From Octopus vulgaris (lineage: Eukaryota): a stretch of 64,000 bases of DNA. Below the pieces are notes generated by a model. That model did not search any database, was not told where the DNA came from, and saw nothing but the letters and a program-made list of their open reading frames with translations. Below are positions 41,427 through 54,496 of this stretch, piece after piece. The stretch is taken from positions 20,770,001 to 20,834,000 of the forward strand of contig OX597819.1 in the NCBI GenBank assembly GCA_951406725.2, in the 5' to 3' direction. The first letter of the stretch is position 1. Each line of letters opens with the position of its first letter. Made by a program: the position numbers and the translations under genes.

Positions 41427-41540
41427 ATAAAAATGGTAACTAATTTTCCTGTGGTTTTTCATGTAACCAACAATTATTTACCGGTAAAATTCGGTATGTA
41501 AATACGACAAATTAATTGTCAGGACCTTTGTAAGGTTCAG

Positions 41541-42123
41541 TATATAGTAAAGAAAATGAGTTGGCTAGCAGCAAGCTGTTTCGCCTCATACCGAAGGAAT
41601 TAGAAATGGCAGTCAAAGACCGTTTTCCATTTCTATAAGTGGAGATTTAGGCCCTTGCGGCTCACATACACAAAATCGGAGTGGCAAATATATATTGCAT
41701 TACCATGTGGATTCCTCATTCCATTACGATTACCCAGAAGGCGCGCATGGCAGAATTTTGGAGGGAAAGTTTACGTTCCCAGTCGTTACTTGGTTTTAAC
41801 ATCTGCGCACTTCCCCCACTATCTGATGTCGCTGGGTCAGAAGTGAGGGCTGGTGGCATTTGATAAAGCTATCGAATATAGCGCTGATGACGGAATTCAA
41901 ACTCCCTTTTTAATATGTTTGTGATCCAGAAACACGGTGTTCGCTATTAACGGTAAGTGACTGCCTTCGTATATTTGCCACTCCGATTTTGTGTATGTGA
42001 GCCGCAAGGGCCTTCGTTTTTGGAATCTCCACTTATAGAAATGGAAAAAACGGTCTTTGACTGCCATTTCTAATTCCTTCGGTATGAGGCGAAACAGCTT
42101 GCTGCTAGCCAACTCATTTTCTT

Positions 42124-42132
<9 letters not shown>
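41541..42132 (+). mobile_element. Penelope-like pseudo-LTR module with ~150-bp inverted repeat, flanked by (TA)n
   Basis: 41541-41692 is the reverse complement of 41970-42132 apart from two small indels. The spacer contains a hammerhead motif. Confidence 0.65.
41878..41947 (+). ncRNA. type I minimal hammerhead ribozyme motif
   Basis: ATAGCG-CTGATGA-cGGA...TCCa-GAAAC-acggt-GT-T-CGCTAT. Stem I is a perfect 6 bp, both core boxes are intact, and the triplet is GUU. Stem II closes with a C-A mismatch. Confidence 0.7.
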
Positions 42133-42179
<47 letters not shown>

Positions 42180-42346
42180 TTAGAAATATATGTATAAAAT
42201 ATGTATATATGTATACATATTTACATGCATACATTTATAAACACGCTTGTGTGGTTGTTAAATATATATCTAAATAACTACATAGCTAATTATGCATACA
42301 GACACAAATGCAAAAATATATAAATCCACACACACACGCGCGCTAA

Positions 42347-42431
<85 letters not shown>

Positions 42432-42554
42432 CATTTCAGATATAGGGTGAAAGATTATTTAATAAAATCAACAAATTTCACCTAGTAGTATTTAGGTATG
42501 GAAAAGGACCATATTCTGTAAAAACTTATACAAAAATTTTTTCTTAATATATAA

Positions 42555-42798
42555 ATATAACAATAAGGATTTAGCAACAAGTTGCTTGACCACGTAGCGA
42601 AAATTTTAGAAATAGCAGCCAAAGGACTACTATTTCCTTTTTCTACAAAACCATGTCTCCACAGACAACAATATTTGAGTTAGAAATATTGTTGTCTGTG
42701 GAGACATATTTTTGTAGAAAAAGGAAATAGTAGTCTTTGGCTGCTATTTCTAAAATATTCGGTATGTGGTCAAGCAACTTGTTGCTAAACACTTATTG

Positions 42799-42804
<6 letters not shown>
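42555..42804. repeat. long near-perfect palindrome, ~120-bp arms with 7-nt loop
   Basis: ...CATGTCTCCACAGACAACAATATTT gagttag AAATATTGTTGTCTGTGGAGACAT... and pairing continues outward to ATAACAATAAG/CTTATTGTTAT. Confidence 0.92.
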
Positions 42805-42858
<54 letters not shown>

Positions 42859-43104
42859 TTCTTTCTTCTCGGGTCTGTTTCTTTCATGTCACTGACATAT
42901 CCATTTTTTCGGTTTTCTTCACTCCACTCAACAATTCGGAAACACTCTTCTGCCATCCATTCAAATTCAGTCGCCATCTAAAGTGATTCGTTGTAAGTTT
43001 ACATCTTTTGTTCTACACTGAAAAGCAAAAAAAAAGAAAAAAACAAAATGCAAGTCAATTTTATAAAACTGATATTTGAACAATCCGTTCAAAATATATC
43101 TTTT

Positions 43105-43510
43105 ATCTTTAGATTGTTTCAATTATTGGACTGCGGCCATTTTGGAAGCATCACCTTGAAGAATTTTAGAAAACTTTTGCAGAACTGCTAATTTATGCGG
43201 GAGTAAGCAGACCAGCACTGGCTGTCGAGTGTTGGTGAGACAAACACATACACAATTAACCACACACACTCATATACATTCATACATACATACATACATA
43301 CATACATACATACATACATACATACATACGTGTGTGCGTGCGTGCGTAAATATATGTGTATGCAACGGGCTTCTTCTAGTTTCCGTCTACCAAATCCAGT
43401 GTAAAGTCTTTCGTCGACCGGAGTGGAAGACACTTGCGCAAAGCTGGACGAAGTGGGACTGGACCTTCAGCCTAGTGTTTGAGAAGGAAACTTCTTAGGA
43501 CACAGTCCTA
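43105..43510 (-). mobile_element. SINE family A, decayed
   Basis: GACTGCGGCCAT, AGTTTCCGTCTACCAAATCCA, GAAGACACTTG and AGTGGGACTG occur in the expected order. Confidence 0.75.
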
Positions 43511-44527
43511 CAATTGCACATGTTTAACTAATACAATTAACAATAGATTCATTTGAGACTCATGGATATTGTCACACATCAGTCCGTTAGATTTATAAAC
43601 ATGCAATCTTTGAATGAAGACTATGTTTTAAGTAAAGCGCAGAAAAATTTCATACAAAGCGATAGAATTCGTTGACACGTAACTGAATTACGAAATTGTT
43701 AACTACAAAACCATGACTTAAAGACAAATTGGTGGGCTCAAAAAAGTCTCTTGGATAATTATATCAAATATATAACTTCGTATATTCTTGCGAGAGCTTC
43801 AGCACAGATTTGCAGAAGTAAGACCAACATCGTTTTGTGGGGATCGACAGAACAGAGATATACTAAGTTATTCATTCTCAGTTTACTAAATTATAATGAT
43901 GATGATGATAATGATGATGACGATGGTGATGGTGGTGGTGGTAGGGAGAGTGGTGGTAATGCTGTTGCTAACTCTGCAGGTGATGGTGACGTAACGTTCG
44001 GGTGTAATGTGATCTATCAAACTTGTTAACCCTATCGTTGATAGAGATAATTCAGTGAATCCAAAATAGACGGCTCTGTAGGTGGTGGTGGTGGTGGTGG
44101 GGTGGGGAGGTGGTGAGTAGAGGGTGGAAGACCAGTCTGTGTTCGAGACTCAGTTATTGCTTCTCAGCTTTTACTTCGTAACATTCCTTAGTTTCACGCT
44201 TAGACGAACACAGACACAATCGCAAACACATAACCGCACTCCTCTAAGCAGTGTAAAATACACACGCACGCGCGCGCACACACATACACACGCACACACA
44301 CAAACATATTTGCACACGGCGAATATCAAATAAATACTCTCTCACCAGCATAAGATTACAGGAGACTAAAAAACCACTCACGAGAGTGTGAGATTACGAG
44401 TACGCTCGCTCATATACAGTCCCTTGCATATATTTAAACATGCAACTACATATAGGCACATGTATTTATATATACATACATATAATACACGCATATATTT
44501 ATAAATACTTATATCTATATCTATCTG

Positions 44528-44688
<161 letters not shown>

Positions 44689-44691
44689 ATA

Positions 44692-46117
44692 TGTTTCTTT
44701 ATTGGCCACACAGGGCTGAACATAGAGGGGACAAAATACAAAGTAGAACTTTTCTTTTGGGGAAGAGGAAGAGAAGAAACAAAGTAAAAAGGCGGATCGA
44801 TGAATAGGGATCGTGTATCACAGAAGTGTCAATGTAAAAAGGAAACCATTTCAGGTTTATCCGTGGAAAGAAAAGCTTAAGGGAAAGTCCACGGTAACAT
44901 TGGGCAATAGTGTCATGCAAAAAACACATTACAGTAAGTGGGTCTCTTTTTTCCTTTCTTATGTTTTGGTTCATAGGATTCTGCTCAAGCTGGCTCCGTC
45001 AATCACATGTGCCATCCTTGCTATATTCACCCATCATTTGTTTGAAATATTCACTAGACAAAACTTGCCTCTCTACTCTCACCTTCCTCTTCAAGTGATA
45101 CTTGAAGAAGATGATGATAGACTGACCAGAGAGGAAAGTGTTTGTCTCTAGATCTTTCAGACGCGTCCACTATACACATTCTTCGCCGTATCCACAAGTA
45201 CGATGAAAATGGCTCTTCTTTCCCGTTTCAAGGAAGGAGGCGCGACAATATTCACAATAGACTCGGATGATAAACCGACTCGTTCCAGTTCGACATAGCA
45301 GCCGTTCGGCATAGACCCACATGTCGGAAATGGTTGGACACTGTACGAGTGCGTACACAACGGCTTCGTCGCTCTGACCGCATCTCGGACAGGTCAGCCC
45401 CGTGTTTCTCGAACCATGCCTGTAGAGCTTATGTCGAACGGGTAGCGCTTCTCGATAGCACTGCTAGGCCAGGGATCTCTGGAAGTTATCCATAGGTCCC
45501 GGTCCGAAAGTCGTCTTGAACAGGCTGGTCAGATATTCCTCGTTGACACCCAGATTCGCCCCAAGATTGTCGTCGTACCTTCCCATCCACTAATACCCTT
45601 TAGAATGCTTTGGTTGTCTTGCAGTCACTCAAGGTCGAACCGGGACGGCATAGCTGCTTGAGAGCAACGCGACACTATCGGTGCCATTAGCCCTTCCTCG
45701 GTCTATTTTTGATCCATGACTGCAGTTCGGTCAGGGAGACGAACTGCGGAAAGCGCGCCTCATAAACAGCGACCACACTAGTATGCTAATCTGGTCTCTG
45801 AAAACCTCTCTCGATGGGAAAGGCGCATTTAGTTTCCAGTACCCGAACCCGGCCTCTGTGTCTTATCTAAGTCTAGCGTACTCGTCTCAAGTTTGTGATC
45901 CGTGTAGCTGACTATGTGTAATTGTGGACACCCTACGCTATCTCTATCTACTGTCCTACACAGTATCCTATCAAGATACAATCTCGACAACCCGATGCGG
46001 TTGCTCTATGTCCATGTTGGCGCATTTGAGGGGTCGAGTCGGTACCTGTCAGTCAGTTGAAAGCGTCTGAGCAGGTCTCTGAGGTATTTGAATCCCCATC
46101 TATTCCTATCTCTGTCC
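44692..46117 (-). mobile_element. L1/Tx1-clade LINE, 5'-truncated, RT domain deleted, embedded in (GATA)n
   Basis: APE C-half [32 protein letters not shown] (46110-45780) joins the post-RT region ALPVRHKL..CPRCGQSDEAVVYALVQC (zinc finger). The 3' UTR ends AATAAAGAAACATAT then (CTAT)n. Confidence 0.88.
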
Positions 46118-46142
46118 ATAGATAAATAGATAGATAGATAGG

Positions 46143-46244
<102 letters not shown>

Positions 46245-46588
46245 TGTTTCCTTATTAGCCACACAGGGCTGCACACAGACAGGACAAAATTACAAGGTAG
46301 AGCTTTTCTTTTGGGGGTAAAAGAAGGGGGTTTGGTTTTCGATCAAAAGGGATCGTAAATGGAAAGAAAGAGGAGAAAAAAAGGGGGGCATACAATAAAA
46401 TTTTAAAAAAGGGGGAGGTGAGGAAAAAAATGGAAAGGAAAAAAAATTATCAATAGGGATCTTTATCACAGAAATACCAATATGAAGTGTAAAGGGGAGG
46501 ACAGGTGAGGTTTACCCGTGGAAAGAAAAGCCTACGGAAAAGACCACAGTAACCTCGGTCTATGAAGTCACATGTTATATTTCTTTTT
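46245..46588 (-). mobile_element. second related Tx1-like copy, 3' UTR only, embedded in (GATA)n
   Basis: Homologous to 44692-44950 (GCCACACAGGGCTG; GGTTTA.CCGTGGAAAGAAAAGC). GATA repeats on both sides. Confidence 0.85.
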
Positions 46589-47031
46589 ATAGATAGATAG
46601 ACAGATAGATAGATACACAAACACACACACACAGCTATATTCATCTCACTCTTTAACACTCACTCACTCTCACTGTCTCTACCTTTCTATATGTATTATC
46701 TCTCACGCATTGCTTTCATTTTGTTTAATACTTCGTCTTACAACGGTTACTTTCACCATGCACAAAACGTCAGCTTCCGAATCCTGTTTTTGCCATAGGT
46801 AAAAATGATCAAATTCAAAACTCTCTAACATTTTCCTAAAATGTTTCTGGAATAAACGAATTAAAAATCGGAGGGGGCATAAAAATGTACACACTGAATT
46901 CGAGAATATTCAGTTAATTTTAAAATTTCAAAATCTGCGACTGCAACAGGAAACATCTCTCTCTCCCTCTCTCTCCCTCTCTCCCTCTCTCCCTCTCCCC
47001 TTATCTATTTCTCTCTTTCCCCTATCTTAAC

Positions 47032-47077
<46 letters not shown>

Positions 47078-47107
47078 TTTCCCTTTCCCATTGTAAATCA
47101 TTCCCCT

Positions 47108-47138
<31 letters not shown>

Positions 47139-47884
47139 ATACTTTCTCACTCCCTTAATGTATATCGCTTACGCTATGTGTGTATGCATGAACGTCAGGT
47201 ATTTCATTAGGATGCCTAGTTAATTTTAAAAAGATATGTAAAAGATAATTTATTTTAATAGCAAACCTTTCAGTTCAGTAAGTACGTTTCCTTTTACACA
47301 CACTCAAATAAATGGAGTCACTTGGTGCAGGAGTAGGGTTAAAAATTCTTATTACAATTATCATTCGTTGCTGTTTAAATCCCAGCAATGGACCAGGGCG
47401 TAATCGTTCGATAAATGATTTTATGGCGAGAATCATTTCTGAGAAACACCAATGCCCGAGTGATAAAGAAACGAGGAAGGTATCTAGTGGTCGTGTGATG
47501 TCCTAGAAATCTCCCATAAATCACACGACTTTACGTATAAGAATAATTTTGAAATTAAAAACAGGAACAATTTGCAGATTCGACATGTCCGTATTTTAAA
47601 ACCATGAATTAAAAGGTTACGAAAACTCGGAATCTTGCCGTCTAAGGAGAGGCGGTTTGGTTAATGAAAAAGCTGGATGAGAATTCCTTGTTTTCAAATT
47701 GCTTTGTTTTCTGTTGCAAAGTCTGGATTGTGCTGTTGATCCCCGATTTACAAACAATCATTTTAAACTTCAAGTCTACAACCATCGTTTCTAAATGGGT
47801 CGTATAAGAATAGATACGAAAAGTCAGCAATGAATGCGGGGGATGTTTCAAACAATTCATATATTTTCATTTTTTATTTTATTA

Positions 47885-47945
<61 letters not shown>

Positions 47946-48452
47946 GAAAGTGACACTGGGGTAAAATATACGAATCCCAGTGTACATACCCATCATGACT
48001 ACCCGTCTGATAAGGGTACACTAGGCACATGCATCACAAACATATGTGCGCGACATTGTGATCTTATATCAAGATAAACAGCTCATAACCTTGCAGGTGG
48101 GGCCCAGTTAGAATTTCCATCTGCTTGAGTAACCCATCCCGCTCAAATTGTCCCTGAATAAGAGTTGTTTAAGGATGTTGAACGAAACACCCATGTTTCC
48201 AGAGGTGAATTATTCAAACCCCAAAGAATCCTTCAACACATGGCTATGATGCTCCTCCATTACCTTATGATGCTCCTATGATGCTCCTCCATTACTTCTG
48301 CCAAACAACTGACAAGCAAATCTGTGGTATTGAGCAGAATATTTGCTGGAGCCCATCTTTTATACCAAGACAAAACAATGTACCTGATAACACTTCCAAT
48401 CGGTTAAGATCAGAAGCTACGATAGCCACTGCCTGGTACTGCATCAGGGCAT
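47946..48452 (-). mobile_element. unclassified non-coding repeat inserted in (ATT)n, longer copy of 10314-10556
   Basis: Homology to 10314-10556, (ATT)n on both flanks, and a small internal duplication CTATGATGCTCC. Confidence 0.75.
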
Positions 48453-48848
48453 TTATTATTATTATTATTATTTTTTACCGTAAAAGCGTCTCATATTGCG
48501 TAGTGCAAAACAAATAAACAAATAAATGGGACAAAATTGGTTCCGAGGGGATTAGAGAGCTTAATTCATTTTCAACAATGCTTTATTAATTTATAAAAAG
48601 CTTCGCTCCATAATTTGCAAGGGTGTGTGGTAAAATAGATGTGGAAATCCGTCGACAAAACCGGGAAAATACAACTTACGTGGTCTTGGTGTGCCGAAGG
48701 TTCACCAAGAACGTCCATTGTGAAAAATGATAAGCAACGTCTGGTTAGCTCGCTGCAATATAAATATATATGTGTCTGGGGGTGGGTGTGAATGTGTGTA
48801 TAATTATATATGTAAATATATATATATATATATTTATATATATGTAGG

Positions 48849-48889
<41 letters not shown>

Positions 48890-48900
48890 TTATATGTATG

Positions 48901-48970
<70 letters not shown>

Positions 48971-48984
48971 ACTATGTGTGTATG

Positions 48985-49024
<40 letters not shown>

Positions 49025-49224
49025 TGTATGTATATATGTGAGTATGCATATATCTCTCTATCAACATCGTTATCTATTTATCTATTTCTCTACCTATCTA
49101 TATATCTCTCTCTATATATATTTATATAAATACTTTATATATATATAATATATATACATATAAATGTATGTATATATACATATATATATGTATATAGATA
49201 TTTATGTACACATATATATATACA

Positions 49225-49259
<35 letters not shown>

Positions 49260-49755
49260 GCACACACACACACACACTTACATATATGTATGTGTGTATG
49301 TGTGTGTGTGTGTCCGCGCATGTATATATTTGAGTGGTGTATCTTACATGTAGATATCGAAGCGAATGTAATTCTACAATTTGTATTTATGTAAGTCTGC
49401 ACAATCCTTCTTCCCCTTTACACTACACTAATTCACATCATCTACCTGACAGTTTCTCTGCTATTTTCATAGACACACACATAACCTATTCTATCATGAT
49501 CTTTACTCTATAACTTATCTTGTCTATCTTCTCTCCTCAAATTTCAACAAGTTTTTTTTTTCTCTATTTTCTGCATGTCTCTCTCTATGCGTCTATATTT
49601 ATTCCTATTTCCTCCTCAAGCACAAACGGAGACGTAGTTCAGCATATAGAAGCCAGCATTTACATTTACACACGCACAATAATTCGCACATACATCCTAC
49701 TTTTTGTCTATGCATACACACTCACACGAACTCACTCATATTTAGATATATAAAC

Positions 49756-49842
<87 letters not shown>

Positions 49843-50051
49843 CACAGAGAGAGAGAGAGAGAGAAAGGAGGGAGGGAGATAGAGAGATTGCCGCACGGTA
49901 GATATAAATGTATGTATGTCTACTTCTTTATAATTATATGTGCTTGGTTGGATGTATATGCATATATACACACATACAAACGTTGATCAATATATACATG
50001 TATATGTGCTTGTATATTTCTCTGTACGTATACATACACTCACACAAACAG

Positions 50052-50087
<36 letters not shown>

Positions 50088-50169
50088 ATATATATATGTA
50101 TATATATATATATGTATATAAAGATGTATATAATATATATATATATATATAAATATATATATATGTATG

Positions 50170-50261
<92 letters not shown>

Positions 50262-51090
50262 CAGATACGCGCGCGCCTAAACTACTACAGACAGCATTTA
50301 TGCTATACTAAATAACGAAGATGAGAGAACTGCTTGTGATGACGATGCTGACGATGATGAGGAGTATAATGATGTAAATGATGTTATAGAGTGAAAGGTT
50401 AAAAAGTGGAAAAGATAAAAAATAGAGATACGGGCAAAGTAAATCTAAGAAGAAAACTTATTCCCAGAAAGCCGAAAAAAAAAAATAGTGAAAAAGCACT
50501 AAACAAGCTGTAAATACGTCTAGAACGTCGCTATGTGCCCCACCCCCCACGGGCGCTGAATTCCATGACGCTTAACAAAGAGTTAATTATAGATGTAACT
50601 ATCAATTTTGACCTAGTTAAGCTCCATCTTCGGCTGCTGCTTGTGGTGATGATGCGTTTCTGTCTGATTCAGCATCTGTTGGCGGTGATGTTGGTGTAGT
50701 GTAGGATGATACTCGTGTGAACCGGATGTACAAATGCATATATTGCTCATTAAGCGTAGGTAAAGCGAGGTATTTTGGGAGCCATCATTATTACCTTGAC
50801 TAATTCAAAGATACATTACGCTACAATGCATAGCCGTTGTTTTTTTTTTTCTTCTTCTTCTTTTTTTAAATAAGAATATATATGTCTGTACGAATATAGG
50901 TGTATGAATGTATGTAGGCACGTATGTATGTAATTGTGAATGTTTATACATACGTATACACACACATACACACACAATTACACATACACACGTATATGTG
51001 TATATATGTAAGTATATATAAATATATCTATACACACACGTACAGAAATAGTGGAGTCAGTCCGTATATATATATATATATGTGTGTGTA

Positions 51091-51124
<34 letters not shown>

Positions 51125-51286
51125 TGTGTTTGTGTGTGTGAGTGTGTGTGTACTTACCCGCAGTCATATATTTATACACACACACACTCACACACACATA
51201 ACTATATGATTGAGTACGTACATGTGTGTGTATATATATATAAATACACACACACACACACATAAATATATGTTTGAGTACGTAAA

Positions 51287-51336
<50 letters not shown>

Positions 51337-51542
51337 TACATACATACATACATACATACATACATACATACATACACACACAAACACATATTGACCCAAG
51401 TATTTCTGTTTCGAAATATCTTAGAAACTATTCCTCTGTCTACCTAACTACGGATGGGAGTCTGAACCAATATGCTACCATTCTATCTATCTATCTGTCT
51501 GTCTACTTATCTGCCTATCTCTTTCTCACTTTATATGTATTC

Positions 51543-52075
51543 ATGCAAGGTGCGGTGAATATATTGTCGTCTAAATTATGCATAAATAAAAAATAACACT
51601 AGGATCTCATTTTAACAGATATATTTACAAAATGTACATAGAAGTATCTTGAAATAGCAAAAAGTAAATTTATTCAATAAATGGAAATTCCCCATTAGCC
51701 TCAACTGCAGCCTCCAGGCGACTTCGGACTCTCTTGCATCTCGCCTGAACGGTCTCCTTGTTTAAGTTGGGGAATGTTGCCATAATCCTTGCCTCAGTTG
51801 ATCTTTGGTGTTACAAGGAGTTTTGTTTGTCTCTCGGTCAACTGCGCCCCACACATAAGAATCAAGGGATTTGCAGTGTGAGGAGTTAGTTGGCCAGATC
51901 TTAGGGATGATATCGTTGCAGGCATTGTCTAACAGACATCACTAGGAATTCCCACTTGTGTTACATTTCGCAGTGTCCTGTTGCCTGAGATAAGGTCTTC
52001 CAGCAGCCACCCTCTTGAACCAGGGCAGCACTACCTACTCCACGCACTTAATTCAGGCTTCCGTGTTGAGTCTCC
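51543..52075 (-). mobile_element. Tc1/mariner (maT/DD37D-like) transposon 3' part, transposase pseudogene
   Basis: Minus translation VVLPWFKRVAAGRPYLRQQDTAKCNTS...IWPTNSSHCKSLDSYVWGAVDRETNKTPCNTK / RVRSRLEAAVEANG is a degenerate QQD.AP.H...WP..SPDLNP.DY..W. Confidence 0.8.
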
Positions 52076-52590
52076 CAAGTGCACCAATCACTATTCGTAT
52101 CACGTCTGCTCTCCTCATTGACCACAGTTTTCGTATTTCCCACTTCAAATCATTATAGTTTATTCTTTTCTTCTTCGTTTCCATTGATCTTGTTGCCACC
52201 GAGGAAAGCTATGTCGATTATCATTCAGGTTTTTCTTTTATATTTAACACAACAATGTACGGTTTCGTATGTCTGGTGAGGTGATCACACTGGTTCATTG
52301 CGTCCCATAGGAATTTGCAATTTTCTTTCTCCATGCTGGGGTTTTTCTCATACCACATCTTTACTCATAATAGGTCGTGATTTCCACAGAGCTCCGAATG
52401 GTTCGTTCTAGCGACATTGTTATGTCCTCTTTTTTATTCGCCATGTACCAATTCGGGGCTGACGATGAACCATACCGTTTCTCGTCTCTCACCACACATT
52501 CTGATTTGTCACTGTCGATAGTGCTGTCTATTCTGCACTTCACATAGTTGGTTCTCATCGGTACGGAGCCGACATTAGACTTCAGTGGAG
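52076..52590 (-). mobile_element. R4/Dong-like LINE fragment (CCHC finger plus RLE), frameshifted
   Basis: TNYVKCRID..RMCGERRETV..HNNVAR..WYEKNP..KFLWD..IIDIAF..DLKWEIRKLWSMRRADVIRIVIGALG. Confidence 0.8.
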
Positions 52591-52651
52591 GCGTAGAGAG
52601 AAATTCTATCAAAAACTACAGGCAGTGACCTGAATAATAATATTAATAATG

Positions 52652-52699
<48 letters not shown>

Positions 52700-52759
52700 A
52701 TTACAACAACTTCAAAAAGTACCTTAGGAATGAGAACCCAGGTTCGAAATTTCCCCAAG

Positions 52760-52803
52760 ACACATGATGAATGCTGGAGGGTATATCAGCCGAAACGTTG
52801 TGT
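52760..52803 (+). ncRNA. degenerate minimal hammerhead motif in a short Penelope-type remnant (52700-52850)
   Basis: ACAC-aTGATGA-at-GCTG...CAGC-c-GAAACGTT-GTGT, with palindromic AACGTT in place of stem III. The first core C is mutated to A. Confidence 0.55.
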
Positions 52804-52878
52804 TAACAACAAACAAGATGAGGACAAATATCGGTCAAATGTAAATAGGGTGCAAAGTCAATTATCTGCCACTTTCTC

Positions 52879-52948
<70 letters not shown>

Positions 52949-52949
<1 letters not shown>

Positions 52950-53314
52950 CTGTATATATAAACGGCAAAATGCCTGTCTGTGTGTGTGTCCTTTATACAA
53001 ATCCATAACTTTTCAGTTAGAAAACTCCTACTTTCTATGGTCATTTAAAACCGTCGAAGGGTGGTCGTGCACATCATTACATTTCCCTAGTCACAAGGCA
53101 AAGCCATTAAAAAATCAATAGAAGTGACTTTTTTGTGAATTTTCTATCCAAAACCCAATCAAAATGCCTGAAACTTGATACGCTAATTGAATGCCAGCTA
53201 GCTGTATGTGATTGGGCGGAGATTTGGACAATACCCGCGTGTATGTACGCACGCACGAAGATTTATATGCATGCACTAGCACTATGACCCGGCAACGCCG
53301 GGTCATAGTGCTAC
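52949..53314 (+). mobile_element. non-autonomous Helitron
   Basis: A|TCTGTATATATAAA start, CCCGGCAACGCCGGG hairpin, and CTAC|T end (variant of CTAG). No TSD. Confidence 0.75.
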
Positions 53315-53545
53315 TTATTATTATTATTATGGTTATTATTTTTTTGTTGTGTTGTTATCATTATTTCTTATTTTCACGGTACCATACTACGTGTTCTTTT
53401 TATCTAACTAATACTTTTGAGATTATTCTAATTTTCTTTATATTTCTGTTGATGTATTCTGATACTATCTCCAGGTCCCAATAATGTTTGGCACTATCTT
53501 CATCTCCTTCATTTCCATAGCCAGGCAATATCGCAGTTAAGAGGA

Positions 53546-53598
<53 letters not shown>

Positions 53599-53614
53599 TA
53601 TATACACATATATA

Positions 53615-54060
53615 TCTCTTATTATAAAAGGCAGATTTTATCTGCCTCCCTTTGGGAGTTATAGAAATCTACAATATAGGATTTCTTCAATTACAATTTA
53701 CCTACCATTTTTAAGAGTACAATGCATCGCGTCATGCCAGGTCCAGTTTTTAAAATTTAAACTCCAATTAAGCAAAATTTACAGAAAACTCACATTCTGG
53801 TGTGTATGTCAAATGCTTTTCTTAGTCTGGTTTACAGCACACTCAAACGCACACACACAGTGTGCAACGAATAAAGTGAAACTAGATGTAATATTTGTTT
53901 CTGTCTATCACGCTGATAGATACATGAGTAAAATGTATGGGAAGCTAACAGATAAGAGTGAGTGAAAATGTTCTTGGAAGAGCGTAAATTAGCGACAGAG
54001 TCATTTGAGGAAGACTTTACATTAAATAACCGTAGTGGCTTGTGTTAGTAATAACGTAAA
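53615..54060 (+). mobile_element. probable non-autonomous Helitron 5' part
   Basis: A|TCTCTTATTATAAAAGGCAGA..TCTGCCT start. 3' end not found. Confidence 0.45.
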
Positions 54061-54207
54061 CATACACTGATACATACATACATACATACATACATACATA
54101 CATACATACATACACACACACACATACACACACACATACATACATACACACACATACATACATACACACATACATACATACATATACATACATACATATA
54201 CATACAT

Positions 54208-54238
<31 letters not shown>

Positions 54239-54496
54239 GTATTGAAGCTTGAGAACAATCAGATACATTTGCAACACATCTGTTGAAAATATTATTGTTC
54301 ACACACATACATATACATATATACATACAGACAGACAGACAGATAGACACACACACACACACACACATGATCCAGCATGGCTACAACCTCAAGGCTGAAA
54401 CATATAAAAGAATAACAGAATATAAATGTGTGCATGTGTGTGTGAGAGAGAGTGTGTGTGTATATGTATGTATGTATGTATGTATGTATATATATA

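Noticed and set aside
50613-50750. Minus-strand His/Gln-rich short ORF
   Set aside because: Too short, no splice support, and compatible with decayed triplet repeats.
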